From positions 67,293-131,292 of the forward strand of contig CAYXEH010000001.1 of the NCBI GenBank assembly GCA_964463915.1: a stretch of DNA of 64,000 nt. Reading direction: 5' to 3'. This document shows, piece after piece, positions 39,101 through 46,116 of the stretch. This DNA comes from an uncultured Bacteroidales bacterium. GTDB taxonomy: Bacteria > Bacteroidota > Bacteroidia > Bacteroidales > UBA7960. A program made the translations under genes and the position numbers. Numbering within the stretch: position 1 is the first letter of the stretch; the number at the start of each line of letters is the position of its first letter. The notes under the pieces were generated by a model. The model was not told the origin of the DNA. It did no database searches and was given only the letters and a program-made list of their open reading frames with translations.

Positions 39101-39504
39101 AAGCTTATTACTACCGGATCAAAGCAGGTATCGGTATCCATAAAAAGCCCGAAGATTACGGTGCATTCCCCACCGATCCGTATTCCCATACACCTTTAAT
39201 GATGGGTGCCCAGCAGCCGGGTATGACCGGCCAGGTGAAAGAAGATTTCCTGAGCCGGTTCAATGAACTCGGACTGATTGTGGATGAGGGAATAGTCCAT
39301 TTATTGCCGGTACTGCAGCAAAATGATGACTTTAACGAGAAAGGGGAAGCAAGTTTTGGATTCTGTGGCAGTGAAATATTGCTGAAACGCAATGAAAAAG
39401 AAGTAAGTGCAGAGTTAAAATCGCACGCCTCATCTCCCGTTGCTTTTAAAGGAAACAAACTATCCGGAGAAGTTTCCGGCAAGGTTTTTCGCAGGCTATT
39501 GTAA
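36142..39504 (+). CDS. Large cytoplasmic GH94-clan phosphorylase-like protein (candidate GH149/GH161 beta-1,3-glucan phosphorylase)
   Basis: 1120 aa with no signal peptide. It is the last gene of the beta-glucan PUL. 'RPEWNDANNAL' (nt 38092-38103 encode EWND) resembles the catalytic 'DWND' segment of GH94 phosphorylases. 'GDPSRPWN' and 'NWRDIFQNWE' are also present. The family call is an inference from size, context and these motifs. Confidence 0.55.
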   Translation: MQQLPPYINKQPLNVQEGEVHGQLTEIDGESFYCIENYNLMRPFLMSIVSSGDLWLYLSSNGGLTAGRQNYDNTLFPYNTDDKIHTSHMTTGPFTVIRVKEINRKVIWEPFSEKDAGLYQIQRNLYKNLPGNKVIFEEINHTLRLTFRYAWMSSDEFGWIRKPVLKNHSDQPREMEIFDGLLDILPWGITRQTQSTMSTLMDAYKVSEYLPEKGMALYYMSSIPVDRAEPSEALRSNVVWSTGITPGSVMLSHGQLGQIRRGDKVNGEQKIFGEKSAFILNAPIKLKAKGQAQWSIIADVAKDSSGILSLINRIGKSQDPELLVEISAKADSEKLASMVARADGKQQTGDPLSDRRHFSNTLFNIMRGGIFADDYRINIRDFLDHLHKSNPVIWEKYSEDLKNRGEITNLDGLQNYANKSGDRHLQRLTKEYLPLSFSRRHGDPSRPWNYFDIHVKNPDGSPSLNYQGNWRDIFQNWEALGFSYPAYLPGMITRFLNASTADGYNPYRITRDGFDWEVPEPDNPWASIGYWGDHQVAYLLRLMEMQEKFFPGKLAEGLNDRHYVFANLPYRIRPYAEICKDPQDTIIFDSALHHHLLKRREAEGNDGKLMHQENGELQQACFLEKIQVSLLTRLSNFVPEAGIWLNTQRPEWNDANNALAGYGTSMVSLYYIRRMVDFLIKIVRQSKEESFFMSDEVVDFHQAISKILRNNKQLLARGFRNEERKKITDQLGKAGERYREMVYRGFSGSENELGRQSLINFYSLVSDYLDQSIKINRRADGLYHSYNLMDIQEDRISINQLYLMLEGQAAILGSGILSPGNTLQLIKALFDSALWRADQQSFMLYPFRDLPGFLDKNIIPGKKVLQSQLLQHLLNIGNTDIVKQDETGGYHFNASLKNANALKKALGNLSGRINPDLVSEETPMVLELYESVFKHRFFTGRSGSFYKYEGLGSIYWHMVSKLLLALGERIIDFAKEQPDDANIPELKAYYYRIKAGIGIHKKPEDYGAFPTDPYSHTPLMMGAQQPGMTGQVKEDFLSRFNELGLIVDEGIVHLLPVLQQNDDFNEKGEASFGFCGSEILLKRNEKEVSAELKSHASSPVAFKGNKLSGEVSGKVFRRLL

Positions 39505-39549
39505 TACACCTCCGCTGAAGAAGCAAACCCTGAAATTTTTTACCATGAT

Positions 39550-39581
39550 TTTGCAAAATGAACTATTGTTCATTACTTTTG
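39550..39581 (+). promoter_or_regulatory. Canonical Bacteroidota promoter (TTTG-N20-TActTTTG) for the DUF134 gene
   Basis: TTTG at 39550-39553 and TACTTTTG at 39574-39581. Its position argues for the ATG at 39602 as the real start. Confidence 0.5.
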
Positions 39582-39601
39582 CGATGAATCAAATTCCAAT
39601 C

Positions 39602-40036
39602 ATGGCACCACGCAAATTGCGTCCACGCAAAATCAGCACCCCACCTATTGTATCAGGGATGAAACCCTATGGTCCGAACCTGCCCTCCGGCAAACCAGGT
39701 ACAATTCTTATGGGTTTTGAGGAATATGAGGCTTTGCGGCTTTGTGATCACGAGGGGATGAATCACCAGCAGGCTGCTGTACAAATGGATGTATCGCGTC
39801 CGACCTTAACAAGAATCTGCCGTCAGGCCAGAAAAAAAGTGGCCACAGCCCTGGTAGAGGGTAAACAACTAATCATTGAAGGTGGAAAAGTTTATTTCGA
39901 TAGTGAATGGTACGCATGTGCGGATTGCGGGTGTTACTTTAACCACCCCGAAAAAACCACTTCAGCAGAAAACTGCGCACTTTGCGGAAGCATGAATATT
40001 TCCCGCTGTGAGAACAACCCTGAAGATTTTGATTAG
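39602..40036 (+). CDS. DUF134 (UPF0251) predicted DNA-binding protein with a C-terminal CxxC...CxxC zinc ribbon
   Basis: 'MAPRKLRPRKI...F.P.G' N-terminus typical of DUF134. Sigma-70 region-4-like HTH 'EEYEALRLCDHEGMNHQQAAVQMDVSRPTLTRICRQARKKVA'. Ribbon 'CADCG...CALCG'. The ORF-track start at 39440 is rejected (see the promoter feature). Confidence 0.75.
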   Translation: MAPRKLRPRKISTPPIVSGMKPYGPNLPSGKPGTILMGFEEYEALRLCDHEGMNHQQAAVQMDVSRPTLTRICRQARKKVATALVEGKQLIIEGGKVYFDSEWYACADCGCYFNHPEKTTSAENCALCGSMNISRCENNPEDFD

Positions 40037-40078
40037 AACAACAGAATACTGAATGTTTAATGCTAATTCAATAAAAAA

Positions 40079-40894
40079 ATGGCTGATTTATTTGAAAAAA
40101 TCCCCATGAAAGGGGTCAAACACATTATAGTAGTTGCATCAGGAAAAGGTGGCGTTGGCAAATCCACGGTGGCATCCAATCTGGCGGTTGCCCTGGCCAG
40201 GAACGGACATAAAACGGCATTGGTCGATTCTGACATTTTTGGCCCTTCCATTCCCAAAATGTTCGGCGTAGAAAATGAGACTCCCCATGCCACTGAAATG
40301 AATGGAAAGCAGATGATCATTCCCATAGAAAAATTCGGCATCAAACTGCTCTCAATTGGTTTTTTTGTGCAGGAAAGGCAGGGATTGATCTGGCGTGGCC
40401 CAATGGCAGCCAAAACATTGACGCAGTTATTTGAAGACACCTACTGGGGGGAGACCGATTACATGGTCATTGACTTCCCGCCGGGAACCAGCGACATTCA
40501 ACTGACCACTGCACAGAAACTCAATATTTCCGGTGCCCTGATCGTTACAACACCCCAGGGCATTGCCCTCAGCGATGCACGCAAGGCCGCTTCCATGTTC
40601 AACACCCAGGGGATTGGCGTTCCAATCACGGGTATTGTGGAAAATATGTCATGGTTTACCCCTGAACCCCATCCGGACGAAAAATATTTTGTTTTTGGCA
40701 AAGGAGGAGGAAAAACCCTGGCAGAAGAACTGGATGTTCCCCTGCTGGCACAAATTCCCCTGGTAATGGAACTGGGAGAGTCTGCTGAAGAAGGACAAAC
40801 TATTTTCAGCATTAAGAACCAGGTTATTCAAAAGGCATTTGAGAACCTGGCAGCAACCGTTGAATCAAAACTACCGCTCACTGCAGGTTCTTAA
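40079..40894 (+). CDS. Mrp/NBP35/ApbC-family P-loop ATPase (short, cysteine-free form)
   Basis: Deviant Walker A 'ASGKGGVGKST', 'DSDIFGPS', 'DFPPGTSD' and 'VENMSWF'. The translated protein contains no cysteine at all. It also lacks the N-terminal DUF59-like domain. Confidence 0.85.
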   Translation: MADLFEKIPMKGVKHIIVVASGKGGVGKSTVASNLAVALARNGHKTALVDSDIFGPSIPKMFGVENETPHATEMNGKQMIIPIEKFGIKLLSIGFFVQERQGLIWRGPMAAKTLTQLFEDTYWGETDYMVIDFPPGTSDIQLTTAQKLNISGALIVTTPQGIALSDARKAASMFNTQGIGVPITGIVENMSWFTPEPHPDEKYFVFGKGGGKTLAEELDVPLLAQIPLVMELGESAEEGQTIFSIKNQVIQKAFENLAATVESKLPLTAGS

Positions 40895-40987
40895 CCTGTG
40901 GTTACCCGGACTTCATGAATTGTGTTTTGTATCTGACTCTCACTGGGTTTGAACACACCGCCTCTCAGGCAGGAAAGAAAATGTTCC

Positions 40988-41926
40988 TCATGAATGCCTG
41001 AGCTGGTAAAAAATCCCGCGCTCCTGCTTCACAGACCGGATACGTTTTTCGGCTTCCAGGACATCGAGGTATTTGTTGATTTCATTCACATGCAGGCCCA
41101 ACAACGAGATCAGGTCGTCCACCGTACACGGACGCCTGGCAATGGTCTCCAGGATGGCTGTTTCCTTGTCACTCCTGTAGGTCTTGATATTTTTCCTTTT
41201 GGCTGCAGGGGCAATGATCTCCGCATTTTCAAGTTGCCACACATCCAGCACATGCTGCAATTCAGTTCTTGTGGCACCACGGAGGTCTTTTACTGTTCCG
41301 GGCCTGTCCAGTGTATTCACCTGAACCCGGTCAGGCTGAATCTTTAGTATCGCTTCTTTCAGGGCTTTCAATTCCGCCTCATCGTCATTATATCCGGGTA
41401 ATATCAATACCTCCAGCCAGATTTTGCCGGTATAGATCTTCCGGAACTCCACCAGCCCCCGAATATAGGTGTCAATTTTTAATGAAGGATCCGGGCGGTT
41501 TATGCGCCTGAACCCTTCCTCCGTGGCCGCATCCAGTGAGGGAAGTACCAGGTCGGCCTCCTGCAGCACCTGCCTGACCTCCTGCTGATAAAATAAGGTG
41601 CCATTGGTTAAAACAGCCACAGGAACCCCGGGTTTATGTGTCTTGATGAATTTCAACACATCCCCCACCCTGCTGTTCAGCGTAGGCTCACCATATCCCG
41701 AAAAAGTGATATAGTCCGGATCGGGGTTATTTTCAAAATAATTATTTAATTCATCCGTAACTTTTTCATAAGGGATGTATTCATCCCTGACAACCGTTCT
41801 GTTCGTGGTTTCCCCCACTTCACAATACACACAGTTAAGTGAGCAGACTTTATGCGGAACCAGGTCAACACCCAGCGACATCCCCAACCGCCGCGACGGC
41901 ACCGGTCCAAAAAGATAGTTATACAT
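40988..41926 (-). CDS. Radical SAM protein with a C-terminal winged-helix-like domain
   Basis: 'FGPVPSRRLGMSLGVDL' followed by the CxxxCxxC cluster 'CSLNCVYC'. 'GYGEPTL' is a SAM glycine-rich motif. The C-terminal segment of about 60 aa, 'ILETIARRPCTVDDLISLLGLHVNEINKYLDVLEAEKRI', looks like a wHTH. Its start lies 6 nt after the DUF1847 stop. Confidence 0.85.
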   Translation of the reverse strand: MYNYLFGPVPSRRLGMSLGVDLVPHKVCSLNCVYCEVGETTNRTVVRDEYIPYEKVTDELNNYFENNPDPDYITFSGYGEPTLNSRVGDVLKFIKTHKPGVPVAVLTNGTLFYQQEVRQVLQEADLVLPSLDAATEEGFRRINRPDPSLKIDTYIRGLVEFRKIYTGKIWLEVLILPGYNDDEAELKALKEAILKIQPDRVQVNTLDRPGTVKDLRGATRTELQHVLDVWQLENAEIIAPAAKRKNIKTYRSDKETAILETIARRPCTVDDLISLLGLHVNEINKYLDVLEAEKRIRSVKQERGIFYQLRHS

Positions 41927-41932
41927 TTCAGG

Positions 41933-42532
41933 TCAGTTTATTGATTTAAATTTTTTTCGATAATAATTGGAATACAGTGTGGCAACCGGATTATGGCCGG
42001 TTACCCTGTCTTTCACAATGAAAGTTGTCACGTCTGCATCCGAATAGCGGGTGAATAAAATGTCATGCCCCATACATAAGCCCACAATGATATTAAGGTC
42101 TGTTTTCAGGTCATTCAGGACCATGGCCTGTCCAATGGAATTGCATATTGCCTCCCGGCGGTGTTCAATGATTTTGGTAAGTCCGAACTCATCCTTGCTG
42201 ATACCCGTGAATTTGCATCCGATTGTATGTGTTTCAAATTTCCGGTCCAGGATTTCCTTCAGGCACTTTGCTTCTTCTGAAAGCCCCGTACAATGGGCAA
42301 TACCGATACGACTATAGCCCATTTGCCCTGCATAGCCAATAATTTCTTCCAGCCTCGTCCATTCCATGTAATGCGTTCCTTCAATATGGGTGGAAACCTT
42401 TAATGGTTTCAGGTTATCAGGGCTGCTGTACTCATTGCGGGTTGGCGCAATATAAGATTCAAAATCATACCCGCGGGAACAGCCTTCACCCTGGTAACAG
42501 GCATTTGATTTACATCCGGCACAATTGGTCAT
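41933..42532 (-). CDS. DUF1847-family Cys-rich metal-binding protein
   Basis: N-terminal 'MTNCAGCKSNACYQGEGCS' cysteine cluster. Size of about 200 aa. 'GIAHCTG' and 'GLCMGHD' motifs. The family call is from memory of DUF1847 features. Confidence 0.6.
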   Translation of the reverse strand: MTNCAGCKSNACYQGEGCSRGYDFESYIAPTRNEYSSPDNLKPLKVSTHIEGTHYMEWTRLEEIIGYAGQMGYSRIGIAHCTGLSEEAKCLKEILDRKFETHTIGCKFTGISKDEFGLTKIIEHRREAICNSIGQAMVLNDLKTDLNIIVGLCMGHDILFTRYSDADVTTFIVKDRVTGHNPVATLYSNYYRKKFKSIN

Positions 42533-42669
42533 GGAAAGATTTATTTATTCATTGTCAGGACAAAGGTAAAAATTCGCACAATAACTCAATTTGGTATCTT
42601 TGAGCGCCAAAAAGACGTGCGAACAAGCATCATCGGTCATTTTTTTGTTTAACCCTGGAAATTCTGGTT

Positions 42670-43755
42670 ATGAAAATTTTTTTCACAATTCTCATCCTGG
42701 TTCACGGCCTCATTCATTTGATGGGATTCATGCAAGCTTTTCAATTCACTGAATTCAAAGAACTGACCATGCCGGTTTCAATGCCAGCCGGCCTGATTTG
42801 GCTGACAGCAAGTTTGCTGCTGATTGCCACGGGAACTCTGTTTATAGCCGGCAGTAAATATTGGTGGCTGGCAGGCATTGCAGCAGTGATCGTTTCACAG
42901 GTGATTGTCATCATTTTCTGGCAGGATGCCAAATTCGGCACCATTCCCAATATTCTGATTGTAATGGGATGTATCATTGGTCTTGGACATTTCAGTTTCA
43001 GGCGGGACCTGCAGCAAGACATCAACAGCGTTCTTGCGCAAAGGAGCAGGCAGGAGCAAATGCTGGACGAAAATATGATTTCCGGGTTGCCTTCACCCGT
43101 CCGGAAATGGCTGAGGCAGTCTGGAGCAATTGACACTGCCATTCCGGAGATCATCCGAATGGAACAAACCTACCAGTTACGGATGGACCCGGATCAAAAA
43201 CACTGGCACAATGCGCGTGCTGAGCAATATTTTTCCACTGGAGTTCCTGCATTTGTCTGGAACCTTGAAATGAAAATGCGGGGATTGATCGATGTGGTGG
43301 GCAAAGACCGTTTTCTCGACGGGAAAGGCAGCATGCTTATTAAACTCCTCGCGTTGATCCCGGTGGCACATGAAAAAGACAACCCAAAGATCAACCAGGG
43401 GACATTGCAAAGATTTCTCGGAGAGATCGTCTGGTTTCCACATGCAGCTGCCCTCCCCTACATAGAATGGGAGGAAGTCGACAATCACCGTGCCAGGGCA
43501 AGCCTCAATTACGGAGGAACAAGCGGTACAGGAACATTTCACTTTGACGAGAACGGGGATGTAAAAAAATTCACAGCCATGAGGTATATGGGCAGCGATG
43601 AAGATGCCAGGCTGAGGGAATGGGTGATCGAAGTGAAAGCATACCAGAGGATGGCTGGCACACGGATTCCTTCCTTATGTGAAGCCACCTGGCGGATGGA
43701 CAACCGCGACTGGACATGGGCCATACTGGAGGTCACCGACCTGGAATATCATTAA
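42670..43755 (+). CDS. Membrane protein: 4 N-terminal TM helices fused to a soluble domain of about 230 aa (DUF6544-like)
   Basis: Four hydrophobic helices in the first ~110 aa, then 'LPSPVRKWLRQSGAI...' and a beta-rich domain. The family name is tentative. Confidence 0.6.
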   Translation: MKIFFTILILVHGLIHLMGFMQAFQFTEFKELTMPVSMPAGLIWLTASLLLIATGTLFIAGSKYWWLAGIAAVIVSQVIVIIFWQDAKFGTIPNILIVMGCIIGLGHFSFRRDLQQDINSVLAQRSRQEQMLDENMISGLPSPVRKWLRQSGAIDTAIPEIIRMEQTYQLRMDPDQKHWHNARAEQYFSTGVPAFVWNLEMKMRGLIDVVGKDRFLDGKGSMLIKLLALIPVAHEKDNPKINQGTLQRFLGEIVWFPHAAALPYIEWEEVDNHRARASLNYGGTSGTGTFHFDENGDVKKFTAMRYMGSDEDARLREWVIEVKAYQRMAGTRIPSLCEATWRMDNRDWTWAILEVTDLEYH

Positions 43756-43887
43756 ATACCTTGTATCTGGCCCCTGAAAAACAACCATACCTTCTGCGAA
43801 CACTTGAAGAAAAACATGAACCTGTGATCCGCTCCCTAAAAAACCTGCCACCCGGCCACCCCGGTTTATCAAAAAAACACTCACTGA

Positions 43888-44913
43888 TCAGGCTGCCAGA
43901 ATAAAATCAATCCCTTCCCGGAATCCCAGGGCCGTGAAATGCTCCTGAATCGCCTGCCCAACACCACGCCTGGCTATAAAATTTACGAGGAACCAGGGGG
44001 CCGGCTCAGTCAGCTCTGAGGTGCGATAAAACCTCACCTGCCTGTTGGGCCGTTTTTTTACATCGGTAAAGCCATGGATGTCCACACCGAGTTCTTCCAG
44101 TAAAGCAGCCCGTTTCCGGCCGATGCGGCTGCTTCCGCAAACAATGATTTTTTTCTCTGCCGGCACATTCCGTCTGATCCACCTGGCGAGGTATTCACAT
44201 TTTATCCTGTAGAAAGCTTCCCGGGAGTAGTTGTCGTGGGTCCTGGAAAGCCTTGATTCATGGTCAGTCCATACCAGCAAGGGCTCAGGCAACTTATAAA
44301 AACGAATCTGCTGATCCATCCATCGCAGCCATAATTCATAATCCTCAGGCACATTGCGGGTCGAGTAAAGACCAAAACGATCAATCAGTGATTTTCTGAA
44401 CATCACTGCAGGATGGGCAAGGGGAGCTTCCACAAAGCGCTTCAGGGCATGTTCCTCCGGGGTAATGATACTGTTTTGCCAATCCACAAATAATTTGTAC
44501 CCATGACTGCCGGCGATACCTGAATCATAGGTAGTCTGGGAAGAAACCACCTCTATGCCAGGATGCGCATCCAGAAAGTCTGCCTGTAATTGCAGCCTCT
44601 CCGGCATCGCCCTGTCATCTGCATCCATACGGGCCACATAATCCGTATCAACCTGCTGCAATCCTGCATTCAGGGCATGCGCAATACCCTGTATAGGCTC
44701 CTTTATAACTTCAATGCGCGGATCAGAAGCCGACCATCGGGTTGCAATCTCCCAGCCTTCATCGCTGCCATTATTACTGACCAACAATAACCTCCAGCGG
44801 GAAAAGGTCTGCTGCACCAGGCTCTCAACGGCAGCATCCAGCTCCTTTCCTGCCTGGTAAAAAGGCAGCACAACGGTGACCCTGGTCCTGTTATTATGCA
44901 TGAAAGCTTCCAT
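43888..44913 (-). CDS. Family 2 glycosyltransferase with a C-terminal extension
   Basis: 'VTVVLPFYQAGKELDAAVESLVQQTF' and 'ARMDADD' (the DxD region). The ORF-track start at 44952 is a GTG that would run through a good plus-strand promoter, so I prefer the ATG at 44913 (44901 is also possible). Confidence 0.85.
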   Translation of the reverse strand: MEAFMHNNRTRVTVVLPFYQAGKELDAAVESLVQQTFSRWRLLLVSNNGSDEGWEIATRWSASDPRIEVIKEPIQGIAHALNAGLQQVDTDYVARMDADDRAMPERLQLQADFLDAHPGIEVVSSQTTYDSGIAGSHGYKLFVDWQNSIITPEEHALKRFVEAPLAHPAVMFRKSLIDRFGLYSTRNVPEDYELWLRWMDQQIRFYKLPEPLLVWTDHESRLSRTHDNYSREAFYRIKCEYLARWIRRNVPAEKKIIVCGSSRIGRKRAALLEELGVDIHGFTDVKKRPNRQVRFYRTSELTEPAPWFLVNFIARRGVGQAIQEHFTALGFREGIDFILAA

Positions 44914-44945
44914 TAAATAGGTCAGGCACAACCCTTGCCCGGAAA

Positions 44946-44979
44946 TTTGCACAAAAGTAGACGTTTTCCGTTACATTTG
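44946..44979 (+). promoter_or_regulatory. Bacteroidota promoter (TTTG-N22-TAcaTTTG) upstream of the mini zinc-finger ORF
   Basis: TTTG at 44946-44949 and TACATTTG at 44972-44979, 40 nt upstream of the ATG at 45019. Confidence 0.45.
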
Positions 44980-45018
44980 TGCAGGAAACAATTGTGGGAT
45001 CACCAAGCGGGAAATGCG

Positions 45019-45150
45019 ATGGAAGACAAGCCGGATAAAAACAAGATCAGGGAGCTGATCAGCAGCACCCGCTGCGGCAATCTCATTCCCGTGGGGCGCC
45101 TCCTGGTGATGCCCGAAAGCACCAGGTGCATACGCTGCTCTTCACTTTAA
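45019..45150 (+). CDS. 43-aa DksA/TraR-type zinc-finger-only protein (three-Cys variant)
   Basis: 'MEDKPDKNKIRELISSTRCGNLIPVGRLLVMPESTRCIRCSSL'. Residues 'STRC-GNL-I-PVG-R-LLVM-P-ESTR-C-IR-C' fit the DksA/TraR C4 pattern C-x2-C-x3-I-x3-R-x4-P-x4-C-x2-C, except that the first Cys is Ser. It has its own promoter. Confidence 0.45.
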   Translation: MEDKPDKNKIRELISSTRCGNLIPVGRLLVMPESTRCIRCSSL

Positions 45151-45208
45151 CATGTATGCGGACCCGGTTCTGGTTCCCCGTTCACTTGGCACTTTCCGGA
45201 TCCTCCGC

Positions 45209-45625
45209 TCACTCCCATACGCTCCCATCCGGGGCAACTGATATCTCTGCTACCGGATCAGTGATTCCCGGAAAAACCCCGGATTCAACCCTCTCAGGCA
45301 TTGCAGACAGTTCATCCTGGTACACACACTCCACGTTGTGGGTTACCCGATACCGCGTGCAATTTCCATCGGAATCAAAACGTACACAATCCGTCAGTCC
45401 AACATCAAAAAATTTGGCTCCTGCATATCCCCAGGATATACATCTTTCATTGGCTGCTTCCCGCGCCTCTTCCCATTGAACTTTCGGCTTCTCAAGAATA
45501 CCGTGGGTATAAACCATGGTAAGTTTACCGTCATTTCTGTTCCCGTCAGCAATCTGCAGGTATTTCGGGGCAGTACAGCTGACCAAAAACAAAAAGAAAA
45601 CTCCAAAGAAAAATACTGGTTTCAT
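45209..45625 (-). CDS. Small lipoprotein (YecR-like pattern), 138 aa
   Basis: Lipobox 'LFLVSC'. 'DGKLTMVY...W..A...A..RC.SWGY.GA..F......C.....DGNCTRY......C' resembles YecR-family lipoproteins. The family assignment has low confidence. Confidence 0.6.
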   Translation of the reverse strand: MKPVFFFGVFFLFLVSCTAPKYLQIADGNRNDGKLTMVYTHGILEKPKVQWEEAREAANERCISWGYAGAKFFDVGLTDCVRFDSDGNCTRYRVTHNVECVYQDELSAMPERVESGVFPGITDPVAEISVAPDGSVWE

Positions 45626-45853
45626 TGTTATAAAATTATGGTTAGTAAAACTAAAAACATCTTCCCTTTCCTATTAAATATAAAACAAACTTTTATATGT
45701 TAATTATATTAACAAAAATTATTCCACAAATCTTTGTAATTAAATAAAACTGCAATATGCTGAGAAATACATTGGTTGAAACTAACCTGATCGTACCAAT
45801 TAATTACTTACTTCTGCTGAAATCCCCATCCCTGAAATACACAGAATTGAACC

Positions 45854-45880
45854 AAACAGTTTCTGAGACTGTTTTTTTCC
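45854..45880 (+). terminator. Orphan rho-independent terminator-like hairpin
   Basis: Stem AAACAGT/ACTGTTT (7 bp), loop TTCTGAG, followed by a T-run ('actgttttttt'). It is oriented for the plus strand. No annotated plus-strand gene lies upstream of it. Confidence 0.45.
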
Positions 45881-46116
45881 ATGTAATGAGCCATTATAAA
45901 TACTTTCTGGTAATTTTCCTGTTCCTGCCGGGATTATGTCAACCTCAGTCTGTGAATCCTTTACATTGATTCTTGTCAAAGGCCCCCTTATTCATCGGAC
46001 CTCCGCGGTATCAGACCCCCGGGCTACCCCTGCACTTTAACATAGGGATATCGATATCTTATAAAGGAACAACCCGATCATTTTGATATATTTGCTTAAA
46101 CAAAAAGCAACTCATC

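Noticed and set aside
39440-39601. The ORF-track start at 39440 would give a 198-aa DUF134 protein.
   Set aside because: The upstream 54 codons overlap the end of the preceding gene and contain a canonical promoter (39550-39581). DUF134 proteins begin with the 'M(A/P)R.K.R.I' motif found at ATG 39602.
45757-45969. A 70-aa ORF in the AT-rich intergenic region.
   Set aside because: It reads straight through a strong terminator hairpin and is a low-complexity Leu/Phe-rich peptide with no recognisable family. It is more likely non-coding (see the sRNA finding).
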